From contig CP085695.1 in NCBI GenBank assembly GCA_029715105.1, positions 420,001 to 452,000 of the forward strand: a DNA stretch of 32,000 nucleotides. Reading direction: 5' to 3'. The translations under genes and the position numbers were made by a program. The notes beneath the pieces were generated by a model. The model had not been told where the DNA came from. It did not search any database and saw nothing but the letters and a program-made list of their open reading frames with translations. How positions within the stretch are numbered: the first letter of the stretch is position 1; each line of letters opens with the position of its first letter. This document shows positions 1 to 8,820 of the stretch, piece after piece. The DNA is from Candidatus Saccharimonadota bacterium. GTDB taxonomy: Bacteria; Pseudomonadota; Alphaproteobacteria; Rickettsiales; Anaplasmataceae.

Positions 1-700
1 TCTCAGCTAATTTTTTTACATAAATAACTATTTCATTTTCCAAATTAGAAATTTTATTTGAAACATTCAGCCTATTTTTAATATATTCTAAGTCATCTGT
101 TAAAAACAATCTTTTCGTATATAAAATATAAAGCAAATCACGTAGTCTATTTTCATCAATTCTAGCTGCAATAAAATTAATATCATCTTGTATGATTTTA
201 TTATGAAGCATTTTATCAAATACAATGGAATGTAATTCCTTACACTCGCTAAGTGAGTAATTTGGAGAAATGCCCGCCTCTATAGGAAATTTAGAAATTA
301 ATTTATGACAAAAAGAATGTATAGTCTGAACAGTTAGACCAAGACTTTCTAAATTAAAAAAAAGTTTTCTTGCTTTAATTTCATTTTTTCTAGATTGAAA
401 TGATAAACCATGAGTATCAGAAGAAGATATATTGGGTGACGACCCCAAGGAAAAGTCCAATTCCCTTAAATCAGTTATCAATATATTTTCTGAACATGTC
501 ATCCACTTTTTAAGTGTATTATAGATACGATCTTCTATTTCTTTTGCCGCAGCATCGGTAAATGTTAAACAAAGAATATTCTTTTTATTTTCTAGTAATA
601 ACTTTAATACTCTATCTATTAGAATCTTTGTTTTACCGGTACCGGCGGATGCACTTACCCATACAGAAAAACTAGGATTAATTGCTTTTAATCTTATCAA
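1..700 (-). CDS. addA: AddA/UvrD-family helicase-nuclease, N-terminal part (rest of gene runs off the left edge)
   Basis: Not in the ORF track because it is edge-truncated. My minus-strand translation is open from 700 down to 1: LIRLKAINPSFSVWVSASAGTGKTKILIDRVLKLLLENKKNILCLTFTDAAAKEIEDRI...LTVQTIHSFCHKLISKFPIEAGISPNYSL... It has a Walker A (GTGKT), an LCLTFT motif and a TIHSFC motif, as in alphaproteobacterial AddA. The TTG start at 700-698 is a guess. Confidence 0.7.
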   Translation of the reverse strand, partial: MIRLKAINPSFSVWVSASAGTGKTKILIDRVLKLLLENKKNILCLTFTDAAAKEIEDRIYNTLKKWMTCSENILITDLRELDFSLGSSPNISSSDTHGLSFQSRKNEIKARKLFFNLESLGLTVQTIHSFCHKLISKFPIEAGISPNYSLSECKELHSIVFDKMLHNKIIQDDINFIAARIDENRLRDLLYILYTKRLFLTDDLEYIKNRLNVSNKISNLENEIVIYVKKLAE

Positions 701-779
701 AAGTAAAACTCTATAAAAGTTGACTAAAGTAACATTACAAAATATACTTCATAAAGTAATATTAGTGAAGATTTTACAT

Positions 780-1649
780 ATGAAAAGTTTTTGTGTAAGG
801 GCTCCCGCAAAAATTAATCTTTTTTTGCATATTATAGGAAAAGAAAAAATAGGTTATCATCTGATTGAAGGTTTATTCGTTTTTGCTAATCTTTCTAATT
901 ACTTAGAAATAAAAGTAGGTGAAAAAGATTTCAGATATGATAAATCATCTATAGTTGAATTTGTGAATTCTGAACTTAAAATAAGCAATAAATATAACAC
1001 CGTCATAAAAGCAATCAATCTATTACTTAGACATGCTCCTGCACGAACTAAAGTCATTGTAAAAGTTATAAAAAACATACCAATAGCTGCTGGTTTAGGT
1101 AGCGGTTCTTCTGATGCTGGAGCCGTAATACGTACATTAGGAAAATTATGGAAGATTGATAGATCAATTTTAAATGAAATAGCTTTAAATGTTGGAGTTG
1201 ATGTCCCTGCAAGTATAGATAATAAACCAGTTTTAGTAAAAGGTATCGGTGAAGAATTATGTTCCGTACAGAAATTATCTTTACCAACCAACATAGTACT
1301 TATTAAACCCAAGAAAAAATTTTTGAGCACACCAGAAGTATTTTCTAAATATAATAAAGATTTCTCAAAACCAATTGAATGGAATAACGATTATAATAAA
1401 AAAGATTTATTAAATTTTCTCAAAGAGGCAAAAAACGATCTCCAAGAAATAGCGATGAACCTAGTACCAGAAATCGAAAATATAATATCAGCACTAAAAT
1501 TACAAGGTTCTATATTATCTCGTATGTCAGGAAGCGGTGTAGCATGCTTTGGAATATTTAATAGTGAGAAAAGTGCAGAAATTGCTGCAAGAAATATTAA
1601 AGGAATACAACCAGAATGGTGGGTACATAATACCCAATTAATAATTTAA
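780..1649 (+). CDS. ispE: 4-diphosphocytidyl-2-C-methyl-D-erythritol kinase
   Basis: ORF 720..1649. The N-terminus MKSFCVRAPAKINLFLHI and the GHMP kinase motif PIAAGLGSGSSDAGA are typical of IspE. The ATG at 780 fits the family N-terminus better than the TTG at 720. Confidence 0.85.
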   Translation: MKSFCVRAPAKINLFLHIIGKEKIGYHLIEGLFVFANLSNYLEIKVGEKDFRYDKSSIVEFVNSELKISNKYNTVIKAINLLLRHAPARTKVIVKVIKNIPIAAGLGSGSSDAGAVIRTLGKLWKIDRSILNEIALNVGVDVPASIDNKPVLVKGIGEELCSVQKLSLPTNIVLIKPKKKFLSTPEVFSKYNKDFSKPIEWNNDYNKKDLLNFLKEAKNDLQEIAMNLVPEIENIISALKLQGSILSRMSGSGVACFGIFNSEKSAEIAARNIKGIQPEWWVHNTQLII

Positions 1650-1865
1650 TTATTAAACACAGATTCCTCCAGTTATTAGTAAAAATTTTATGGAATTTAA
1701 TTAAAACAAAATTCTTATAAAAAGAAAAAAGCTTTCCATGATTTTAATGGAATATTCAATCTTTTATTGATAAAATTCTACTTCTAGAAACCAATGTACA
1801 ATTATATACGAAAAGAATTTTGCCGCTTTTATTTTAAAATAATAAAATAATAAGTATAAAATAGC

Positions 1866-2675
1866 ATGCTTGAGATCTTTTCACAGTACTTTTTTGTCAA
1901 CAGTCTGATTACAATAGTAATAATTGGTCTTGTAACTGGTGCACTTGGTTCGTTCATGATATGGCAAAAATTATCATATCTTGGTGATAGTTTATCTCAT
2001 TCTTCTTTATTGGGCATCGCACTCGCTTTAATTTTTAAAACTACTCCCTCAATTACTATAATATTTATAGCAATTATTTTCGCAATGTTGCTTTCTCTTA
2101 ACTATAATAAATTATATTCCATCGATGTAATATTAAATATTATTACTAATGTAATTTTATCATTAAGTTTAATATTAATGTCTTTTCTTCCGTCAGGAAA
2201 CAATATTATTAACTCATTATTTGGTGATGTATTAACTCTAAAATATAATGATATAATATTAATTTTTTTAATTTCAGCGGTAGTTATTTTAATATTAATA
2301 TTTAGGTGGCGCCATTGGTTAATAATCTCAATTAACCAAGATTTAGCAATAGTTGAAAAAATTAACGTGAATTTAGTTAGGTTAGAATTTTTAATTACTC
2401 TTGCTATATTTATAGCAATTTCCTCCCAATTAATAGGAATATTACTCATTGCTGCATTTTTATTAATACCTTCTGCATCTGCAAGACTTATTTCAAAAAC
2501 TCCAACACAAATGATTATAATTTCCACAATTTTTTCTGTAATTTCCGGAATATCAGGTCTTATATTATCTGCAAGTTTAGATTTATTAGCAGGTCCTGCA
2601 ATCATACTCATAGCAGCAATATATTTAATTATAACTTTTTTTACTAAACTGATATTAAATAAATTATCAATTTAA
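1866..2675 (+). CDS. znuB: ABC-3 family (ZnuB/MntB-type) metal-ion transporter permease
   Basis: 269 aa polytopic membrane protein. The N-terminal block GALGSFMIWQKLSYLGDSLSHSSLLG matches ABC-3 permeases. There is no adjacent ATPase or binding protein. Confidence 0.7.
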   Translation: MLEIFSQYFFVNSLITIVIIGLVTGALGSFMIWQKLSYLGDSLSHSSLLGIALALIFKTTPSITIIFIAIIFAMLLSLNYNKLYSIDVILNIITNVILSLSLILMSFLPSGNNIINSLFGDVLTLKYNDIILIFLISAVVILILIFRWRHWLIISINQDLAIVEKINVNLVRLEFLITLAIFIAISSQLIGILLIAAFLLIPSASARLISKTPTQMIIISTIFSVISGISGLILSASLDLLAGPAIILIAAIYLIITFFTKLILNKLSI

Positions 2676-2928
2676 ATTCCTAATAAAACTCTTTATCCCT
2701 ATCTTAGAAATTAAATTAATGTGTTGATATAAACCAAAAAATAAAAATTTCATAACAAATAATAAATAAAATCTCTATAGGGGGGAGATCCCCTTGTCCT
2801 AGATAAGATATATGGAAATATATATATAAAATAATGAAATTGGATGCCTAATAACAATTTTACTAAATTATCAAATACAATTCATATAATATATTGGTAT
2901 ATTTATTTATTTATACAAAGTAAAATAT

Positions 2929-3549
2929 ATGAGAATTACACAATCTAAAATTCAAAAATTCCTAGAAAGACCCAATTTATTGAAAGGTGTATTAATTTAT
3001 GGAAATGATAATAGTAAAATTGATTTCTTTATACAAAAGATAACATCTGTTTTATATGAATATTCAATTCAAATAGTAGATTTCGTAACAATAAATAAAT
3101 CACCAGACTTATTATTCTCTGAATTAGAAAACATTTCAATGTTTTATAATAAAAAATTAATTAAACTAATAAACGTAAGCGGAAGTATATCTAAAGAATT
3201 TAAATACTTATTAAATCATATTATGAATGATAATAATTACTTGATAATGATAGCAAACAATTTACCATATAAGTCTACAATTAGAAGCTATATAGAAAAT
3301 TTAAAAAGTTTTGGTACAATAGCTTGCTATAAAGATAGCAGTAATGATGATCTTTATCATATTTTATCTAATTATTTAGAGCAAAATAAAATAAAATGTA
3401 CAAATGAAATAATTTATCATTTACAATCTTATTTCAATCATAGTAAATTATCCATGTATTCAGAACTTAAAAAATTGGTTTTGTACCTAGGGAAAAGGAA
3501 AAACCTTAAATCTTCTGACATAGAACTGTGTTTTCCACATATCCCCTAG
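2929..3549 (+). CDS. holA: DNA polymerase III delta subunit, N-terminal fragment (frame 1)
   Basis: 206 aa with HolA-like layout (VLIYGNDN..., ...SELKKLVLYLG...). It ends at TAG 3547-3549, where a HolA protein should continue into domain III. Confidence 0.65.
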   Translation: MRITQSKIQKFLERPNLLKGVLIYGNDNSKIDFFIQKITSVLYEYSIQIVDFVTINKSPDLLFSELENISMFYNKKLIKLINVSGSISKEFKYLLNHIMNDNNYLIMIANNLPYKSTIRSYIENLKSFGTIACYKDSSNDDLYHILSNYLEQNKIKCTNEIIYHLQSYFNHSKLSMYSELKKLVLYLGKRKNLKSSDIELCFPHIP

Positions 3550-3601
3550 CGATAATTATGTTACAACTGATAACCTTTGTTCTGCTTTAATAAATAAGGA
3601 T

Positions 3602-3943
3602 ATGGTAAATTTTATAAAAATTTCCGACATATTAATATCACAAGAAAATTTTTCTCCAATAGCATTAATTCGAGTTATGTCAAATTATTTTTTATGTCTT
3701 GAAAAAATCTTACTGCTAATACAAAGTGGAATAAGCGAACATATCGCAATCAGCCAATTAGACACTCCATTACTTTTTAAGCAACTACAAAATTTTAAAC
3801 TTCACTTAAAAACTTTTCAGCTTTCAAAGCTTAAGAAAATTCTGAGAACTTTAATAAAGTTAGAAATTTTCTGTAAAAAAAATAATTTAGATCATAAGTT
3901 AATTTTTCAGCATATATTATTATTACAAATAATAGATATTTAA
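3602..3943 (+). CDS. holA: DNA polymerase III delta subunit, C-terminal fragment (frame 2; frame is open from 3524)
   Basis: The frame is open from 3524 and reads ...SPSDNYVTTDNLCSALINKDMVNFIKISDILISQENFSPIALIRVMSNYF..., which resembles HolA domain III. Together with 2929..3549 it totals about 335-340 aa, the normal HolA size. Confidence 0.6.
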   Translation: MVNFIKISDILISQENFSPIALIRVMSNYFLCLEKILLLIQSGISEHIAISQLDTPLLFKQLQNFKLHLKTFQLSKLKKILRTLIKLEIFCKKNNLDHKLIFQHILLLQIIDI

Positions 3944-4064
3944 TATTCCGAATACATGTCGTATATCTTCACTAAACTATAAAATCATATCCCAATCAAA
4001 AATGTTGTTTATATCTACTTAATAAGTATAATTTATTTATATAAAACTATATTAGTATTAGTTG

Positions 4065-4529
4065 ATGTGTAAAAAAAATAATATAAAAGTAAAAATAAAA
4101 AAATTGCCACATGGAAATGATTTACCCCTTCCGTATTATGCAACTACAGAAAGCGCTGGTATGGATCTTTATGCAGCTTTAAATAATTTTGCTATTTTAA
4201 ATCCTCTTGAAAGATTAATCATCCCAACTGGTATCATAATTGCAATACCAAATGGTTTTGAGGGACAAATTCGCCCGCGTTCTGGACTATCTATCAAATA
4301 TGGAATAACCGTATTAAATTCTCCTGGTACTATAGATTCCGATTATAGAGGTGAAATAAAAATTTGCTTGATTAATTTAGGCGATCAATCATATGAAATA
4401 AAAAGAGGGGATAGAATTGCACAAATTATTATCAACCCTGTATTCCAAATAATTTGGGACGATAAAGCCTACATAGAGAAAACTGAAACTAATCGAGATA
4501 TAAAAGGTTTTGGGTCAAGCGGAAGATAA
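4065..4529 (+). CDS. dut: dUTP diphosphatase
   Basis: Contains AGMDLYA, RPRSGL, GTIDSDYRGEI, GDRIAQ and a C-terminal GFGSSG, all classical Dut motifs. I prefer the ATG at 4065 over the TTG at 4062. Confidence 0.9.
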   Translation: MCKKNNIKVKIKKLPHGNDLPLPYYATTESAGMDLYAALNNFAILNPLERLIIPTGIIIAIPNGFEGQIRPRSGLSIKYGITVLNSPGTIDSDYRGEIKICLINLGDQSYEIKRGDRIAQIIINPVFQIIWDDKAYIEKTETNRDIKGFGSSGR

Positions 4530-4588
4530 TAAACAGCAAGCACAGAAAGTTCATTTATAAAAGTGAGTTATTTTAAATTAAAAAATCC

Positions 4589-4615
4589 TTGACTAAAAAA
4601 AAATTTACCTATAGT
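4589..4615 (+). promoter_or_regulatory. Candidate sigma70-type promoter for the 4651 ORF (TTGACT-N15-TATAGT)
   Basis: TTGACT at 4589-4594 and TATAGT at 4610-4615. The 15-nt spacer is short. An AGAGG Shine-Dalgarno at 4641-4645 sits 5 nt before ATG 4651. Confidence 0.3.
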
Positions 4616-4650
4616 TTAGCTATATTAACAATTTATTCAGAGAGGTGGTT

Positions 4651-5292
4651 ATGCCAATTTTCAAGGATCATCGTGGTCAATTCCACAAAATGAACACTGC
4701 ACTTGCTACACTTACCGCCACTTATGCTGTAATTGCAGCGGTAGCGTTCTCGTCACCGCATTGGGCTTCTTCGTATCCAATCCTAGCCCCACTTGTGGCT
4801 TTCACAGCTACATCGCTTGGAATGTTCATGTTGGCTACTTCTGTTGTTATACTAACTGGTTTAGCACTATACGCTATTAGTAAGAATAACGAAGTGTCTG
4901 AGTTAAAAACTCCTAAACTTATTAATTATGATGGTCAAACAATGTTACTCTTAACAAGAGATGTATTTGAGGACATAAAAGAAAATAACAAAAATAACTA
5001 CAATGAATTTATAGAAAATCAGTATTGCATAGATCATCTTAACTTGAATAATAAAGATTATCGTATTACTATCGATAATAAATTTAATGAAGAAGGTAAC
5101 ACTTTGCTTTTCAAAGTACTCCAATCAGAAATAAAAAATAGTAAAAATGAATCTTTTCTAAAAGAGAAGAAATCATTAGAAGAATTAAATTCAAGCGAGA
5201 AGAGTACTGAAAAAATCAACACTTGTTTGGACGGACTTTCTTCTATTGCGCCTGTTCAACAAGAGCAAAGAAAAGTATTAGGCCTCCTCTAA
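4651..5292 (+). CDS. Hypothetical membrane protein: hydrophobic Ala/Thr/Leu-rich N-terminus plus Asn/Lys/Glu-rich soluble tail
   Basis: ORF 4645..5292. The ATG at 4651 has a good SD. Residues of about 15-80 (TALATLTATYAVIAAVAFSS / YPILAPLVAFTATSLGMFMLATSVVILTGLALYAI) form 2-3 closely spaced hydrophobic segments. I recognise no family. Confidence 0.6.
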   Translation: MPIFKDHRGQFHKMNTALATLTATYAVIAAVAFSSPHWASSYPILAPLVAFTATSLGMFMLATSVVILTGLALYAISKNNEVSELKTPKLINYDGQTMLLLTRDVFEDIKENNKNNYNEFIENQYCIDHLNLNNKDYRITIDNKFNEEGNTLLFKVLQSEIKNSKNESFLKEKKSLEELNSSEKSTEKINTCLDGLSSIAPVQQEQRKVLGLL

Positions 5293-5307
5293 ATAACTTC
5301 TAAATGA

Positions 5308-5345
5308 AAAAGAGAGGTGGAGCTAAGTTAGTCCACCCTCTTTTA
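5308..5345. terminator. Bidirectional rho-independent terminator between the convergent 4651 ORF and yebC
   Basis: AAAGAG(A)GGTGGA - 10 nt loop - TCCACCCTCTTTT. The stem is GC-rich, and T-runs follow the hairpin on both strands (TTTT on plus, CTCTTTTTC on minus). Confidence 0.7.
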
Positions 5346-5534
5346 AAAAGTTTATCATGACTTTTTAATCGCTTTAAACAAAAATGGAAGTATCTAGAAA
5401 ATAATATAAGAAAGAAATTGGTGTCATTTTAAGATGAAATTTGTGAGAAATGTTCCCAAACTAGCTATTTAAGAGGCGCAAATACCACATAAGTTTGTTA
5501 AAAAAATGAAATCAAAAAAAATATAAGCTGTGTT

Positions 5535-6266
5535 TTAAATATCAAGAACGAAGTTACTTTCATAGTATTGAATATCAATATTCTCTTCAAGATTCGTAAT
5601 TAACAAAGATAATTTATCAATCAATTTTCTATCACTGATTTTAATCAATTCTTTAGCCCTCCATGAAAGACGGGCAAATTCTGGATTACCAAATCTTATA
5701 TAAAAAGCATCACGCACTTTACCAAAATCTTTTACATCACAAATTATAATATACAATCCTTCTTTGCATTCAATATCTAATATTTCTAATTCAATTCCAT
5801 AATTGAACAAATCTTCAAGATTTACAACCTTTGTTTTATAAGCAATCATTCCTACATGATTAAAAAGATAATTAACACTCCCCATTTCTCCAAAATCTCC
5901 ACCGTTTCGAAAGAATATATAACGCATCTCAGAAGCAGTTCTATTTCGATTATTTGTTATAGCATGAATAATAAATGCAGTATTAGAAGGTCCCCTACCT
6001 TCATATTGTACTTCTTCGTAATCTTCTTCTCCAATATTAGCAAACACGTTTTTTATTGCTGTCTCTATTTTACTTTTTGGTAAATTCCATTTACGTGCAG
6101 TAAATATAGCAGAACGAAGACGTGGGTTAAATTCAGGATAAGCAGACTTACCTTGCTTTACAGCAACTGTTATTTCTCTAATAAATTTTGTAAATTTTTG
6201 AGAACGCTTTATATCTTGAGCGTCTTTTCGATACTTTATATTTGAAAATTGTGAATGACCAGCCAT
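5535..6266 (-). CDS. yebC: YebC/PmpR family DNA-binding transcriptional regulator
   Basis: MAGHSQFSNIKYRKDAQDIKRSQKFTKFIREITVAVKQG is the canonical YebC N-terminus. The start is taken at the internal Met (6266) of ORF 5535..6281. Confidence 0.9.
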   Translation of the reverse strand: MAGHSQFSNIKYRKDAQDIKRSQKFTKFIREITVAVKQGKSAYPEFNPRLRSAIFTARKWNLPKSKIETAIKNVFANIGEEDYEEVQYEGRGPSNTAFIIHAITNNRNRTASEMRYIFFRNGGDFGEMGSVNYLFNHVGMIAYKTKVVNLEDLFNYGIELEILDIECKEGLYIIICDVKDFGKVRDAFYIRFGNPEFARLSWRAKELIKISDRKLIDKLSLLITNLEENIDIQYYESNFVLDI

Positions 6267-6409
6267 ACATATATTTATCAATTCATGTAAATTTTTTAAA
6301 CTAAATATTATTAATATAACGAATTCTTAGAAAACCCCTTACTATTTTTTAATGCATCATGAAATACCACTTCACCAACAAACTTCATATTAAAAGTTAA
6401 AATTTCCTA

Positions 6410-7102
6410 CTATTTAGAATATAGAGTTTCATACTGCTGAGCTTCAAAATCAAGACCAAGAGCTAAATAGGCTTTTATCAAATACCTAATAGATTTAGAA
6501 AAATATTTAGAATTTTTATTGTTTATTACATTTTGAAAACGCTTAATTGCTGCTAAATATTTACCACCTTTCAAATAAAATTTACCAATAAAATATTCTT
6601 TTGCTAGTACATGTTCTGTAACTATTCTTGCTCTTTCTTTTATTTCGTTTATATATTCGCTCTGCGGAAAAAGATCAATATATTCACCAGCTAATTCTAA
6701 AGTCCTATATGCTTTTTGTTGTCCAAACTGTAATTTATCAATTTGCATATAATAAGACATTATTCTTAAATAATATGCATACGATAAATCTTCTTCATTA
6801 CTGTCTGAACAGAGTTCTATGTAATCATCCATATCACTTATAACGCTATCATAATTACCTATATTATAATTAGAAATACCAGATAATAATTTTGCTTTTA
6901 TTGCCCAATAAGAAAAAGGATATAAATCCTCAACTTTTTGAAACATTATAATGGATTGTTTGTATTTTTTTTGATTAAAAATCTTAATAGCTTTTTCATA
7001 CAACTCAATTTCACTTTTTTCAAAACTAATGCTAGTACTCGCATATAATTGCATAAAATTGCAAATTATAAAAACAAAATATACAATTAAAGCTTTATAC
7101 AT
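6410..7102 (-). CDS. bamD: Outer membrane protein assembly factor BamD (YfiO-like TPR lipoprotein)
   Basis: 230 aa with a signal peptide. TPR-like repeats and a YfiO-like pattern (YEKAIKIFNQKKYKQSI..., YAYYLRIMSYY..., YPQSEY-like FPQSEYINE, AKEYFIGKFYLKGGKYLAAIKRFQ). Confidence 0.75.
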   Translation of the reverse strand: MYKALIVYFVFIICNFMQLYASTSISFEKSEIELYEKAIKIFNQKKYKQSIIMFQKVEDLYPFSYWAIKAKLLSGISNYNIGNYDSVISDMDDYIELCSDSNEEDLSYAYYLRIMSYYMQIDKLQFGQQKAYRTLELAGEYIDLFPQSEYINEIKERARIVTEHVLAKEYFIGKFYLKGGKYLAAIKRFQNVINNKNSKYFSKSIRYLIKAYLALGLDFEAQQYETLYSK

Positions 7103-7813
7103 GAAATCCTCTTGTTTAAATTAAAAATCCCTCTAAGCTCAAAATATAATATCTCTTTCATTTAATAGGCATCTTTATAATAGTCATATTATCTCTTATA
7201 TAATTTAATATTAGGAAAAACTAACTTCATCATTATTTAAAATAAACGTATTAAAATTGCCAAACAAAAACATTCTTTCATAACATGACGATATATTTAC
7301 TCAATTAATTTTAATTATTTTTAAATTCACTTTAAACAAAATCAGAAAAATTATTTAAAATAAAAAGAGATAATAGAAATATATTTTTAAATACCTCGAT
7401 GTTAAAAACATTCTAATTTAGAAACCTTTAATATATATAAAATATAACTAAAAATAACATAATATATAATTTAAATTATAATTTAATTTATTTTAAAATA
7501 TATTCTTTACAAGAAGAGTAAGGATATGTCTGTTTTGAGACCTATTTTCTATTTTAACAAAAAATAGAAATATGTTTATACACCTAACCCTCTCTCTCCT
7601 CAACATACATTTGATATCAAGTAAAATTAAACAGTCTATAAAACTTATTTAAAATTTTTAAAATTTATGAACTCTAAAATAAGAAAGTAGAAATTAAACT
7701 CTTCCCTAATTTTATTAAACACGTCCACAGAAACATTAATTATTAATAACGTATAATATTTATTGATTATCAGAAATTCTTCTCCATAGAAATTTTCTAT
7801 GCTAGAAACTCAA

Positions 7814-8695
7814 TTATTTTAAAATTCTAAAAGTTAATATAGGGGCAGAAATAAATATTGCAGAACAAGTACCAATTGCTATACCAAAAAAAATGATTAA
7901 ACTAAAATTTTTAACCGTACCAGTACAAATCAATACTAAAGGAAGAGTAGCAAGCAAGGTAGTACCAGAAGTTAAAACAGTACGAAATAATGTAGCATTA
8001 ATGCTTATATCTATTACTTCATTCATACATCTATTCTTACCATTTCTTTGAAATTCTCGAATTCTATCATATATAACTATTGAATTATTAATTGAATATC
8101 CAATTATAGTAAAAAGAGCCATAACCGACGAAATATTAAATTCAATTCCAGTTAAACTAATAAAACCAACAGTTAAAACTATATCATGAAATAATGCTAC
8201 TATTCCGCCAAATCCGCATCGCCAATTAAATCTTAGCCAAATATAAAAAAATATTCCAATAACGGCAATCAATATAGATATTATTCCCTCGAATACTTGA
8301 GTTGGTCCTATTTGTGGACCAATATAGTCCATTTTTCGATAATTTATTGAAGTACCTAATTTTTCTTCTAATATCTTTTTTATCTTTTTAATTTCGTCCT
8401 TATCTCCATTTTCTTTGAAGCGTATAATTAAATTATCACCTATTTTTTTAAAATCTTGTATTAACCCATTCACTCTGAATTCAGGAATAATATAATTCTC
8501 TTTATCTAAAAACTTTATTTCTACCAAAATCCCACCAGTAAAATCTATACCTAAATTTACTTTCCATATAGCAATAAATAATATAGAAAACATTACTAGA
8601 ATAGTACTAATAAACGCAATCCACTTCTTATATTTGCTAAATTTAATATTCAGATTATCTAAAATTACTATATTAGTAGTATTCATAGGCAACAA
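7814..8695 (-). CDS. secF: Protein translocase subunit SecF
   Basis: An N-terminal TM segment is followed by GIDFTGGILVEIKF. The C-terminal polytopic domain has the YSINNSIVIYDRIRE motif typical of SecF. Start is TTG at 8695, with AGGGAG 9 nt upstream. Confidence 0.9.
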   Translation of the reverse strand: MLPMNTTNIVILDNLNIKFSKYKKWIAFISTILVMFSILFIAIWKVNLGIDFTGGILVEIKFLDKENYIIPEFRVNGLIQDFKKIGDNLIIRFKENGDKDEIKKIKKILEEKLGTSINYRKMDYIGPQIGPTQVFEGIISILIAVIGIFFYIWLRFNWRCGFGGIVALFHDIVLTVGFISLTGIEFNISSVMALFTIIGYSINNSIVIYDRIREFQRNGKNRCMNEVIDISINATLFRTVLTSGTTLLATLPLVLICTGTVKNFSLIIFFGIAIGTCSAIFISAPILTFRILK

Positions 8696-8820
8696 TCTAT
8701 ATTACTCCCTAAAGTTACCCATTTTAAAAATTTATTAGGAAAATATGAAAATCCATGAAAAATTTCACCAACACGTAAAACTATATTTTAACTAAAAATC
8801 GGAAATAATCTCATATTACG

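Noticed and set aside
899-1330. Antisense or alternative-frame ORFs from the track that lie inside well-supported genes: 899..1330, 1066..1287, 2102..2611, 5856..6083, 6628..6843, 9191..9376, 11645..12019, 12375..12575, 12717..12902, 14848..15048, 16131..16343, 18506..18703, 19677..19895, 20187..20372, 21343..21528, 22371..22562, 25246..25482, 27152..27382 and 29036..29221.
   Set aside because: All are fully embedded in genes with strong family signatures on the other strand or frame. Their translations are low-complexity Ile/Leu/Phe/Asn-rich with no motifs. They are typical shadow ORFs.
2781-2796. GC-rich island GGGGGGAGATCCCC about 100 nt after the znuB-like gene, considered as a terminator or regulatory hairpin.
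   Set aside because: It has only a 4-bp GGGG/CCCC stem, no trailing T-run, and lies far from the stop codon. The evidence is insufficient.
7526-7567. 13-codon micro-ORF (MSVLRPIFYFNKK) with an AAGGA just upstream.
   Set aside because: The SD-to-ATG spacing is only 1 nt. The ORF overlaps an AT hairpin and has no supporting context.
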